From: Candidatus Falkowbacteria bacterium
Lineage (GTDB): Bacteria; Patescibacteriota; Patescibacteriia; JACRDY01
Length of the DNA: 21,024 nt
Direction of reading: 5' to 3'
Assembly: GCA_016218485.1 (NCBI GenBank)
Contig: JACRDY010000068.1
Span: 1 to 21,024, forward strand
Position numbers and translations under genes: made by a program. Positions within the stretch are counted from its first letter, which is position 1, and each line of letters opens with the position of its first letter. This document shows positions 12,751 through 20,931 of this stretch, piece by piece. The notes beneath the pieces were generated by a model. It ran no database searches and was not told where the DNA came from. It was given only the letters and a program-made list of their open reading frames with translations.

Positions 12751-15549
12751 ATGGCTAAGAAAAAGTTAGTAATTATAGATGGCAACGCCCTGATTCACCG
12801 GGCGTTCCATGCATTGCCGCCGACGCTGCGGACCAAGGACGGCACGGTCGTCAACGCCGTATACGGTTTTGCTTTGATTCTTCTCAAAATTTATAAAGAG
12901 CTGAAGCCTGATTATCTCGCCTTGACGTTGGACCGGGCCGCGCCGACATTTCGCCATATTGAGTACACCGAGTACAAGGCGCATCGGATCAAGCAGCCCG
13001 ATGAGCTGTACGCGCAAATTCCACTGGTTAGAGACTTGGCGGGCGCGTTTAATATCCCGACGTACGAGCTGGACGGCTACGAGGCGGATGACCTGATTGG
13101 CACGATTACCGCCAAGACCGACGGCGGTGTCAGGAATATCATTGTTACCGGCGACATGGACACGCTCCAGCTGGTGGATAACGACACTGAAGTCTTCACC
13201 ATGAAGAAAGGGGTCAATGACACGGTCACCTATGATAGTGCCGCCGTGGTCGAGCGCTATGGCCTGCGGCCAGACCAGATGATTGATTACAAAGCGCTGC
13301 GCGGGGACGCTTCAGACAATATCCCGGGCGTGCGGGGAATCGGCGAGAAAACCGCGGTGGAGCTGCTGCAACAGTTTGGGACTTTGGAAAATGTATATAA
13401 AGAAATAAAGAAATTGAGAAATAAAGAAATTACCAGTGTCCGGCCAAGAGTGGCAGAGTTGCTGTTGGAGCATGAGCAGGACGCGCAGATGTCACAGCAT
13501 CTGGCGACGATTGTCCGGGACGCGCCAATTAAGTTTATGATAGAGGACGCGGTAGTGGCCGGGTATGACCAGCAGGCGGTTTTTGACTTATTCCAAAAAC
13601 TGGAATTCAAGTCGCTCTTGAGCAAGATCCCGGGCATGGAAGGCCGGCAGCGTCCCGAGAGTAAAGAGGGGCAGCGGGGGTTGTTTGATAATTCAAAATC
13701 ACAAATTCAAAATAATAAATCCGAAATAAATTCTAAATTCCAAATCCGAAACGGCTACCACTTGCTGGACGATGAGAAGAGTTTTAAAAAGTTTATCGTG
13801 GAACTCAAGAAGCAAAAGTTGATTGTTATTGACACCGAGACCACGGGGTTGGATACGATTACGGATACATTATTGGGGATTGGGTTTTGTTGGAAAGAGG
13901 GGGAAGGATATTATTTAGAAATAAAGAAATTAAGAAATAAAGAAATTGAAAAAGCCATCAGCAGGATTTTATCTGATGAGAAAGTAAAAAAAGTCGGGCA
14001 CAATTTGAAGTTTGATATTGAGGTATTGACGAACGCCGGGTTTACCGTCCGGGGTGTGTATTTTGACACCATGCTCGCCTCCTACCTCCTGGATCCGGGC
14101 TCTCGGGCGCATGACCTGGATACGTTGGCCTTCACCGAGCTTGGCTACCAGATGACGCCGATTGAGCAGCTGATTGGCTTGGGCAAGAGTCAAATTACTT
14201 TAGCCGACGTGGCGGTGGAAGTCGTGGCCGACTACTGCTGCGAGGACGTGGATTATACATTTCGGTTGTATCAAAAGTTAAGTAACGCCATTGAGCAGAG
14301 AAACAGTTTTGGCTTGATGGAAACCATAGAAATGCCGCTCGTTGCCGTGTTAGCCAAAATGGAACTCTTGGGCGTGAAGATTGACATGAAGTTCCTGGGC
14401 CAGCTGGATCGTGAGATTGAGACCACGCGGCAGAAACTAGACAAGAAAATTTTTGCCATGGCAGGCAAAGAATTCAATCTTGATTCACCACTGCAGCTCA
14501 AAGAAATCCTGTTTGAGACGCTGGAAATCCCGACCGAGGGGCTGAAGCGCGGTAAAACCGGTTTCTCCACGGCCGCGGCTGAATTGGACAAAATGCGCGG
14601 GCTGCACCCGATTATTGACTTGATTTCCGAGCACCGGGAGCTGGCCAAACTGCAGTCCACTTACACCCAGGCACTGCCAAAATTGGTTAATAAAAAAACC
14701 GGCCGGGTGCACACCAGCTTTAATCAGACGGTGGCGGCTACTGGTCGGCTGTCTTCGTCAGACCCAAATCTCCAGAACATTCCCATTCGGACGTCATTAG
14801 GCCGCGAGGTGCGCAAGGCCTTCATCGCCGAAAAAGGCTGCCAAATACTGAAAGCCGACTACTCGCAGATTGAGCTGCGGATCGTGGCTAGTCTGGCGCA
14901 AGACAAAGAGATGTTGGCGATTTTCAAGCGCGGGGAAGATATTCATGCCGCTACAGCGGCAGCGATTCACGGCGTGCCCCTGGACAGTGTGACTAAGGAA
15001 ATGCGCTACAGCGCTAAAGAGGTCAACTTCGGCGTGCTCTACGGCATGGGCGCGTACGGCCTGTCGTGGCGCACCGGCATCAGCATGGCTGAGGCCAAAA
15101 ATTTTATTGATAAATATTTTAAGACCTTCTCTGGCGTGAAAAAGTTCGTGGATAGTACGATCAAGTTCGCCCGGCGGGACGGCTACGTGGAGACGCTGTT
15201 TGGCCGCCGCCGCTATCTGCCGGAGATTAATTCAGGCATGGCGCAAGTCAAAAACGCGGCCGAGCGCATGGCCATCAACGCGCCAATTCAGGGCACGGCC
15301 GCGGACTTGATTAAGCTGGCCATGATCGCGCTGGACACAAAGTTAGCGGCTGAATTTACAACAGAAGAAGTAAAGATGATCCTGCAGGTGCATGATGAAT
15401 TGGTGTTTGAGGTAAAGAGCGGTTTAGTAAAAACCGTCGCGCCACTGGTGAAGGATGTGATGGAGAACGTGTACCAGCTGCGCGTGCCGATTGTGGTGGA
15501 CGTGGAGGCGGGGGAGAGCTGGGGGGAGACGGGGGAGGTTAGTTTGTAA
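12751..15549 (+). CDS. polA: DNA polymerase I (5'-3' exonuclease, 3'-5' exonuclease and polymerase domains)
   Basis: Start chosen at MAKKKLVIIDGNALIHRAFHALPP (ATG 12751). The ORF-track start at 12685 lies inside the upstream hairpin. 5'-nuclease motifs are present (GDASDNIPGV.GIGEKTA), as are the 3'-5' exo region (VIDTETTGLD ... YLLDP) and the Pol A family motifs (RRxxKxxNFGxxYG; VHDELVFE). Confidence 0.9.
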   Translation: MAKKKLVIIDGNALIHRAFHALPPTLRTKDGTVVNAVYGFALILLKIYKELKPDYLALTLDRAAPTFRHIEYTEYKAHRIKQPDELYAQIPLVRDLAGAFNIPTYELDGYEADDLIGTITAKTDGGVRNIIVTGDMDTLQLVDNDTEVFTMKKGVNDTVTYDSAAVVERYGLRPDQMIDYKALRGDASDNIPGVRGIGEKTAVELLQQFGTLENVYKEIKKLRNKEITSVRPRVAELLLEHEQDAQMSQHLATIVRDAPIKFMIEDAVVAGYDQQAVFDLFQKLEFKSLLSKIPGMEGRQRPESKEGQRGLFDNSKSQIQNNKSEINSKFQIRNGYHLLDDEKSFKKFIVELKKQKLIVIDTETTGLDTITDTLLGIGFCWKEGEGYYLEIKKLRNKEIEKAISRILSDEKVKKVGHNLKFDIEVLTNAGFTVRGVYFDTMLASYLLDPGSRAHDLDTLAFTELGYQMTPIEQLIGLGKSQITLADVAVEVVADYCCEDVDYTFRLYQKLSNAIEQRNSFGLMETIEMPLVAVLAKMELLGVKIDMKFLGQLDREIETTRQKLDKKIFAMAGKEFNLDSPLQLKEILFETLEIPTEGLKRGKTGFSTAAAELDKMRGLHPIIDLISEHRELAKLQSTYTQALPKLVNKKTGRVHTSFNQTVAATGRLSSSDPNLQNIPIRTSLGREVRKAFIAEKGCQILKADYSQIELRIVASLAQDKEMLAIFKRGEDIHAATAAAIHGVPLDSVTKEMRYSAKEVNFGVLYGMGAYGLSWRTGISMAEAKNFIDKYFKTFSGVKKFVDSTIKFARRDGYVETLFGRRRYLPEINSGMAQVKNAAERMAINAPIQGTAADLIKLAMIALDTKLAAEFTTEEVKMILQVHDELVFEVKSGLVKTVAPLVKDVMENVYQLRVPIVVDVEAGESWGETGEVSL

Positions 15550-15655
15550 GTTCATAAGTTCATTAGTTGGTAAGTTTATTAGTTTATTAGTTGGAAAGTT
15601 TAAAAGTTAACCCCGTCGGATCGCTCTGGCGGGGTCTTGCTGTTCGTGCGGGGGT

Positions 15656-15769
15656 TCATGGCAGGACGCCCAGGACGTTGCAGATGGCGTTGGCCACGAA
15701 TGTGAAGACGATCGCGCCGATGGCGGTTTGCCACGCCATCACGAACATGGATTGCGTGAGATGATGCAT
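15656..15769 (-). CDS. Possible small hydrophobic peptide (37 aa), immediately downstream of the 15779 lipoprotein gene
   Basis: Minus-strand ATG at 15769: MHHLTQSMFVMAWQTAIGAIVFTFVANAICNVLGVLP-stop. It is followed by the hairpin CCCCGCCAGAGCGATCCGACGGGG and a T-rich tract. No clear RBS. It is below the ORF-track length cutoff. Confidence 0.25.
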   Translation of the reverse strand: MHHLTQSMFVMAWQTAIGAIVFTFVANAICNVLGVLP

Positions 15770-15778
15770 GGGTTGCCC

Positions 15779-16192
15779 TTACTCGCAGACGCGGTCGCGT
15801 GCCTTGATGGCCTCGGCCAGTTTGGCTTCCGTGAGGAGACGCTGCTTGTCCAGGCGCGTGGCCTCGCTGTAGAGCCGCTGCCACTCCAGCTCGATGGCGG
15901 GGTAGTTGGCGTTGTATCGCGACGAGGTGATGTCCTTGGCGACTTGGTAGTCGGCCAATTTGAGGTCCGCCGCTTTGGCGGAATCCTTGGCTTTGTCAGT
16001 GAGGTCGTCCAGGTCGCCCTGGAGTTTGTCGGCCTGCTTGTCGGCCGCGGTGCAGGCGGCCTTGGTGTTCGCGACCGACTCTTTTCCGATCATGTTGTCC
16101 ATGGCCACAGCCTGCTGGTTGGTCGCGGCGCAGCCGTTGACGACGATTCCCAGGCAGCACATCAGAACGAACAGAACGAGCGCGCGTTTCAT
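15779..16192 (-). CDS. Small lipoprotein, paralog A (signal peptide, lipobox VNGC, coiled-coil body, C-terminal Cys)
   Basis: MKRALVLFVLMCCLGIVVNGCAATNQQA.... GGAGGAGG RBS. A conserved 5'UTR hairpin CGTCCAATCCCGGACG sits directly upstream of the RBS. Confidence 0.7.
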   Translation of the reverse strand: MKRALVLFVLMCCLGIVVNGCAATNQQAVAMDNMIGKESVANTKAACTAADKQADKLQGDLDDLTDKAKDSAKAADLKLADYQVAKDITSSRYNANYPAIELEWQRLYSEATRLDKQRLLTEAKLAEAIKARDRVCE

Positions 16193-16379
16193 CGGTTTCT
16201 TCCTCCTCCGTCCGGGATTGGACGGTTATGTTTGCGATTGTGTATCTTATGACATTTTCGTCGGGCTGTCAATTATGGTTGAGATAAAAATAATGTCTGG
16301 AAAATAGGGCTTTTAGAAATGGTTGAGCCCCGCCGGAACGATCCGATGGGGCTCTGTTGCGCGCTGATTCGCGATGGAG

Positions 16380-16688
16380 TCATTTCTGACTCCGTTCGCA
16401 GTAGGTATTGCGCATGGCTTGCGCGATTTCCAGGTTGAGGTGGAGCCGGTCTGACTGTTGTGCGAGCTCGACCGCAGCCGGACCAGACTTGGTCGAGCGT
16501 AGGCGCTGCTCAGTCACCGCGATCTCGTGGCTGATGTTAGCGATCGACTGCTCGGCCTCGGCGCACTTTGCCGGGTCGGCTACGTCCTGCATCCCCAGCA
16601 GATGCGGGATTGTCAGGGCGTTGGGGTTGGTGGCCGCGCAGGCCACCGTGAGGCATAGTACGGTGACGGTCAGGATGGCCTTAATCAC
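16380..16688 (-). CDS. Small lipoprotein, paralog B, with a GTG start
   Basis: The ORF-track 179-aa ORF is an over-extension. AAAGGAGGACGACC-GTG gives M-IKAILTVTVLCLTVACAATNPNA... (lipobox VAC), about 102 aa. Its start overlaps the stop of the upstream paralog by 8 nt. Body and C-terminal Cys are homologous to paralogs A and C. Confidence 0.6.
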   Translation of the reverse strand: MIKAILTVTVLCLTVACAATNPNALTIPHLLGMQDVADPAKCAEAEQSIANISHEIAVTEQRLRSTKSGPAAVELAQQSDRLHLNLEIAQAMRNTYCERSQK

Positions 16689-17109
16689 GGTCGTCCTCCT
16701 TTGACGGGCAGTAGTATGTGCGCCGTCGGGTGGCTTCAGTGAGAGCTTTGCTCGTGTTTTGTTGATCGACCGCCAGTGAGTTGATGGCGGTCTCGAGCCG
16801 AGTCCACTGGGCTGAGAGAGCGGCGTTTTCCTCCGTATCATCCTCGCCCCGCAGGGTTTTCTGGAGGCTGACTCGGAAGTAGCCCTTGATCTCGGCTTGC
16901 GTCTTTTTGATCGCCGCATCGAGCTTCTCGAGCGTGCTTGTCAGCGCGCTGACGTCCTGGCGCGCTTTGGCGCACTCGGCCTCCCTGTCGGCGACCCACT
17001 CATGGCCGAGGAGCATATCCAGCTCGGCGGCGTTCTGGTTCTTGGCCGCGCAGCCACTGGCGAGGCACGCCAGCACCAGCAGTGCCAGAACGAATGATGT
17101 CTGTTTCAT
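16681..17109 (-). CDS. Small lipoprotein, paralog C
   Basis: MKQTSFVLALLVLACLASGCAAKNQNA.... GGAGGA RBS. The same conserved upstream hairpin as paralog A (CGTCCAATCCCGGACG-A-GGAGGA). Confidence 0.7.
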   Translation of the reverse strand: MKQTSFVLALLVLACLASGCAAKNQNAAELDMLLGHEWVADREAECAKARQDVSALTSTLEKLDAAIKKTQAEIKGYFRVSLQKTLRGEDDTEENAALSAQWTRLETAINSLAVDQQNTSKALTEATRRRTYYCPSKEDDRD

Positions 17110-17436
17110 TGCTTGTATTCCTCCTCGTCCGGGATTGGACGATTGTATTGGCGATTTTTGACTTTACCTTATTTCCACCTCCCTGTCAATGGCATTAGAC
17201 TAAAAAAATACGGCAAGCTAATGGGGCGGCTCACCGTGGTTTCCTGGAAAGGAATGGAGGGGGTGTTTTGAGGTATGGTGCTGTGGCAGCGGTCTCTGCC
17301 GGGGCGGCTTGCAGCTCATCTTCGGAAATATTGCGATGAGCGCCGCCGATCTCTGCCTGTTGGTCTGGCGGCAGATTTGGCGGGGTAGCAGTGAGGATGG
17401 TGTACACATGGCCAGTGCCATTGAGCCGACTGCTGA

Positions 17437-18030
17437 TCACTCTGGCCGGCCGTCCTTGCCACAGGACCGGGCTCCCGTTGGGGAATTTCGGTGCTGCATT
17501 TTCTTCATTCTGCTCTTCCTCCTGGTGATGGGCGTAGTGTACCGGATTATTTTTTTTCGCCAAGACTGTTGGTAAAAGGTAAGCCCGTCCCCGAACGCGG
17601 GAGGGCGGGCCAAATGAGCTTGCTGGCAGAAGCGGCGGCGCCAGCTTTTGATCTGTTCTATTTGAACACTCACATCGCGATACTTCCCTCGGGTCTGGCG
17701 CTGGATCGCCGACATCGACAGCAGGACTCTGTAGTCCCGTTCGGTCATTGTCTCCGGCAAGAATGGCAGGACGATGAATGCTCCACCAGACTGTTCCAGC
17801 TCGTCCAGTACGTTCTGGCCGTAGTAGTGCCGGATGGCCGCTCGGAAGACCATGTCTTGGGTGACAAGATCGCTCAAGAGCTGCTCCTGTAGGACCTCGC
17901 GGGCAATCTGTGCCAGTTCGAGGTCGTCGCAGGTTTGGCTCCCGTGTTCTATCTCAATCAGGGCGGCGAGTTGGCCATTGGCGGTGCAGCCGATGGAGAC
18001 TGCGATCATTAAAAAAAGAGCGCGTTTCAT
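17437..18030 (-). CDS. Lipoprotein, unrelated to the A/B/C paralogs; its 3' end is uncertain
   Basis: MKRALFLMIAVSIGCTANGQ (lipobox IGC) with an AAGGAGAAGG RBS. The last ~60 codons are basic and low-complexity, and they overlap an alternative 110-aa ORF (17231-17563) in another frame. Possible frameshift or misassembly. Confidence 0.5.
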   Translation of the reverse strand: MKRALFLMIAVSIGCTANGQLAALIEIEHGSQTCDDLELAQIAREVLQEQLLSDLVTQDMVFRAAIRHYYGQNVLDELEQSGGAFIVLPFLPETMTERDYRVLLSMSAIQRQTRGKYRDVSVQIEQIKSWRRRFCQQAHLARPPAFGDGLTFYQQSWRKKIIRYTTPITRRKSRMKKMQHRNSPTGARSCGKDGRPE

Positions 18031-18096
18031 TGCCTTCTCCTTGAGCGTGAAAGGGTTATGTTCTTTGTACCATACTAGGGGAAAAGGTCAAGATTA

Positions 18097-18167
18097 GACA
18101 CAGATTACACAGATAAACACAGATGGCACAGATCCGTGTGATCTGTGATTATCTGTGTAATCTGTGT
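18097..18167. repeat. Near-perfect ~70-bp palindrome of CACAGAT-type words, abutting the stop codon of the 18168 gene
   Basis: agacacagattacacagataaacacagatggcacagatc|cgtgtgatctgtgattatctgtgtaatctgtgtct. A second copy, 68/71 identical, is at 20861-20931. Confidence 0.8.
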
Positions 18168-19796
18168 CTAATAGATTTCCTTCTGGTAACACTCCTCACA
18201 GTACACCCGTTCCGGCCGCTCCGGCGCGTACGTCGTCTCAAATTCATTGGTGCAGCCCGCGTTCATGCAGGCGCGGTGGTACAATGTGCGCGGGTTGCGT
18301 TGCTGGAGTCGCGCCAAATGGCGACAGTCAAAGCACTGGCGGGCGATTGGCAGGCCGTGGCTGCGGTAGAATTTCAATTCCTGAGGAATAATTTTGTAGT
18401 CTTTTTTGCAAGTAGTGCAGGCCAGGATTTCGTTGAGAATGGCGTCTGTCACTTGGGTAATGTCAGCTGGTATGTCCGTCAGTGTTTCTCGGCCAAAGGT
18501 GCCCGGCAGCTCATTCTGCCAGAACCAGCCTTTACTCTGGACCTCATCTTTGGTCAGGGGAAAGTACTCCCGCGCGATGGTTTCGTTATAGCAGAACGGG
18601 GACAGGCGGATCGGGAAAAATTCGCCGTACTGGTCAGCTCGCTTCATCTCCTCAATAATCTTTTCTTTCAGTTGCTTATATTCGGTTTCGGAATATTTTT
18701 TGTTCAAAATTTGGTAGGAGCCGTGTTTGAGTCCGGTGCAGCCGAATAAATTTTGACTATAGAAACACTGCCACGAGTAGCTCGTGAATGAGCAGTCCCA
18801 GCAGGCCACCGTCGCAATTTGATATTTACTGTTGACGATGCTGATACAGTTGTAGCTCATTTCGGCTTTTGGCGAATAATTAATATCACTGACCGCTGAC
18901 GCGCCTCGGGGCAGGTTCCAGACGTAGAAGCAGTCTTCCAACTCTTGTGATTCAAAGCAGTGCGCGGCGTTGCGACAGTTATAGAGGTAGTCGCCGGTTG
19001 AGTTCTCGCAGTGGCGGATGCGCGCATATGGCCGCGGCACGGTCAGGCTGAATTGGTAGAATGTTTGATAAAATTTTTCCGGATTAGCTTTGGCTTCCGC
19101 TAACACTTTCGCGCATTCTTCCTTAGTCGCCGGTTTATTGAAAATATAATTTTCTTTGTGGCGCAGGCCGACGCAGCCAATGCAATTCTGGCAGCTGATG
19201 CAATCATAGCAAAAGGCCAGTTCAGATGAATTTTCGCAGTCATTACAATAAATGCCGGAGAAAAGATTTTGGCAGTGGACGCACTGGTAGCAGTTTTGCA
19301 GATCAAAGCCTTGCGCGCAGTCCATGGAGTCAAACGAGTTATTAACAAAATAGGAATAGTAAATATTCTCCCCGGTAACGCCGGAGATGCACATATAGGA
19401 ATCTTTGTAGTAGACCGAGTGCGGGCAGTAGTCGCTGTTTTCGCCGTGCGAGATGATCAGCGCCAGGTGCGGAGTTTTCAGTAGCAGCTCTTTGAATTGT
19501 TCCAGAAATGGTTTAGCTGGATCATAGTCCAGCGCTGGCGCTTGCCACCTGTCGCTCCACCAGCACTCCGGGCAGTACTGGAGGTAGGGTTTGTCTTTGG
19601 CGTAAAAAGAGACAATAGCTTTTTTGCAGAGATCACATTGGCGAGTATAGAGCATTCGTTCATTACGCCAGGCACAGCGAGATCGCTGCCGGCAGTCCGG
19701 GCAGCTTTTTGGCTCGGGCAGATTCAGTTTCACGAAGAAGTCTTTCTCGGCGCTCGTCAGGTCAAATTGTGCGTTGCAGTGTTGGCAGGTGGTCAT
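18168..19796 (-). CDS. Cysteine-rich multi-zinc-ribbon protein, 542 aa with roughly 60 Cys, and homologous N- and C-terminal double-CxxC modules
   Basis: N-terminus C5xxC8...FxxLNLPEPKSC32PDC35RQRSRCAWRNERMLYTRQC54DLC57...YC75PEC78WW. C-terminus CTTCKKDYKIIPQELKFYRSHGLPIARQCFDCRHLARLQQRNPRTLYHRACMNAGC...YCEECY. Both share the skeleton CxxC-F-LP-CxxCR-R-RN-R-LY-R-C-C-YC-EC. The centre has ~20-aa repeats of the form YNC-x3-C-x2-S-x2-L-x2-C. Confidence 0.7.
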   Translation of the reverse strand: MTTCQHCNAQFDLTSAEKDFFVKLNLPEPKSCPDCRQRSRCAWRNERMLYTRQCDLCKKAIVSFYAKDKPYLQYCPECWWSDRWQAPALDYDPAKPFLEQFKELLLKTPHLALIISHGENSDYCPHSVYYKDSYMCISGVTGENIYYSYFVNNSFDSMDCAQGFDLQNCYQCVHCQNLFSGIYCNDCENSSELAFCYDCISCQNCIGCVGLRHKENYIFNKPATKEECAKVLAEAKANPEKFYQTFYQFSLTVPRPYARIRHCENSTGDYLYNCRNAAHCFESQELEDCFYVWNLPRGASAVSDINYSPKAEMSYNCISIVNSKYQIATVACWDCSFTSYSWQCFYSQNLFGCTGLKHGSYQILNKKYSETEYKQLKEKIIEEMKRADQYGEFFPIRLSPFCYNETIAREYFPLTKDEVQSKGWFWQNELPGTFGRETLTDIPADITQVTDAILNEILACTTCKKDYKIIPQELKFYRSHGLPIARQCFDCRHLARLQQRNPRTLYHRACMNAGCTNEFETTYAPERPERVYCEECYQKEIY

Positions 19797-19893
19797 AGGT
19801 TTATCTTTAATTATCCAGCATACTCGCAGAGGAGTTTTTGGTCAATTATAATCAGACAATAGTGGTTAATTCTATTGGTATAGTTGATTAAAT

Positions 19894-19922
19894 TTGACTT
19901 ATTTTAAAGTAAATAATATAAT
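19894..19922 (+). promoter_or_regulatory. Consensus sigma70 promoter for the TrmB-family regulator
   Basis: TTGACT, 17-nt spacer, TATAAT. It lies ~190 nt upstream of the ATG at 20112. Confidence 0.55.
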
Positions 19923-19957
19923 ATTACTGTCGTCGGAAATTGTTGACGAGTTCACCT

Positions 19958-20078
19958 GGAGTGACGAATTGAAGCCGAGCGAAGCGAGGCTGAAATTCGT
20001 TATTGTTGCTCATGTAACGAATTTCGTCCCGCTGTGCCCGCCTAACGGCAGGGCTGGCGGGACTCAATTCGTCACTCC
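19958..20078 (+). promoter_or_regulatory. Highly structured leader: candidate cis-regulatory RNA (a closing 15-bp helix around three hairpins), or alternatively nested palindromic operator sites
   Basis: Outer pairing GGAGTGACGAATTGA (19960-19974) / TCAATTCGTCACTCC (20063-20077). It encloses AGCC-gagcgaagcgag-GGCT, GAAATTCGTTA...TAACGAATTTC (11 bp) and GTCCCGC...GCGGGAC (7 bp). Confidence 0.4.
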
Positions 20079-20111
20079 ATTTAACACAGTTGGAGGTTGT
20101 ATTAATACTCT

Positions 20112-20861
20112 ATGTCCACCAAAAATATTCTAGAAGACTTGGGTCTAACCAAAAGCAAGGCTGATGTGTACTTGGCGGCGTTAGCCGTTGGCAGCGGCTC
20201 GGCCCAGGAGATCGCCAATCGGGCGGGTTTACCGCGGACTACTACTCATGAAATTCTGCAGACGCTCGTCGGCATGAGTCTGATTGGTTTCGTGACTAAA
20301 GGCCGGACGCGGATCTACAGCGCCGAGCCGCCGGAGAAGCTCAAAATTTTACTCAAAGAAAAAGAGGCCAGGCTCGAAAAGGCTTTGCCAGAATTGTCGG
20401 CTCTCTTCAACACCAGCGGCATTCGGCCGCGGGTGCGGTTTTACGAAGGTGAGGATGGTATTAAAACAGTGTTTGAAGACACGCTGACCGTCAGCAACAA
20501 GCTGTTGCGCAGTATTCTTTCCATGAAAGACCTGTATGAAATGCCGGGCAAGGATTACGTCAACGCCTACACGCGCCGGCGAATTGCGGCTGGAATAAAA
20601 CTGCGCGTGGTGCGTTCAGAGGGTAAAGAAGTGGAGAAAGTTTGGCCGGCGAGCACTCGAGACAGCCGCGATCTGCATTACGCGCCGGATGATATGTTTT
20701 TCCCGATGACGGTGTATATTTACGACAACAAGCTCGGGCTCATCAGCAGCAAAAAAGAAAACTTCGGCATGATTATTGAGTCGCCGGATCTGTATCAGAC
20801 CATGAAGAATATGTTTGAGGTGATGTGGCAGGTGACGCGGGTGATGAAACCGGTGGATTAG
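20112..20861 (+). CDS. TrmB-family transcriptional regulator (N-terminal winged HTH plus C-terminal effector domain)
   Basis: A 249-aa ORF with the N-terminus LGLTKSKADVYLAALAVGSGSAQEIANRAGLPRTTTHEILQTLVGMSLI, which matches the TrmB HTH pattern (LGLTxxEAxVYLxLLxxGxxTAxEIAxxSGVPRTKVYxVLxxL). Confidence 0.65.
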   Translation: MSTKNILEDLGLTKSKADVYLAALAVGSGSAQEIANRAGLPRTTTHEILQTLVGMSLIGFVTKGRTRIYSAEPPEKLKILLKEKEARLEKALPELSALFNTSGIRPRVRFYEGEDGIKTVFEDTLTVSNKLLRSILSMKDLYEMPGKDYVNAYTRRRIAAGIKLRVVRSEGKEVEKVWPASTRDSRDLHYAPDDMFFPMTVYIYDNKLGLISSKKENFGMIIESPDLYQTMKNMFEVMWQVTRVMKPVD

Positions 20862-20931
20862 ACACAGATTACACAGATAATCACAGATCCGTGTGATCTG
20901 TGATTATCTGTGTAATCTGTATCTAATAGAT
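20861..20931. repeat. Second copy of the CACAGAT-word palindrome
   Basis: agacacagattacacagataatcacagatc|cgtgtgatctgtgattatctgtgtaatctgtatct. It overlaps the TrmB stop codon on one side and abuts the stop of the partial paralog on the other. Confidence 0.8.

Noticed and set aside
15728-17161. Plus-strand ORFs 15728-16252, 15960-16307, 16408-16704, 16886-17161, 16897-17097, and the 179-aa extension of 16380-16919
   Set aside because: They are antisense to or over-extended across the minus-strand lipoprotein genes. The lipoprotein genes have clear RBS, signal peptide and lipobox features.
17231-17563. 110-aa minus-strand ORF overlapping the 3' end of the 17437-18030 lipoprotein gene
   Set aside because: No RBS, low-complexity composition, and it overlaps by 127 nt. 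The overlap with the basic low-complexity tail of the lipoprotein ORF could also mean a frameshift or assembly error, so neither reading is firm. It is kept only as a note under the lipoprotein feature.
18123-19862. Plus-strand ORFs 18123-18749, 18164-18391, 18406-18591, 19269-19484, 19497-19862 and minus-strand 19100-19348, 19478-19675
   Set aside because: All lie antisense or out of frame within the 542-aa cysteine-rich gene, whose long ORF is the coherent one.
19894-20133. 79-aa plus-strand ORF covering the trmB leader
   Set aside because: It starts inside the -35 element and runs through the nested inverted repeats. There is no RBS. The region is better explained as a structured untranslated leader.
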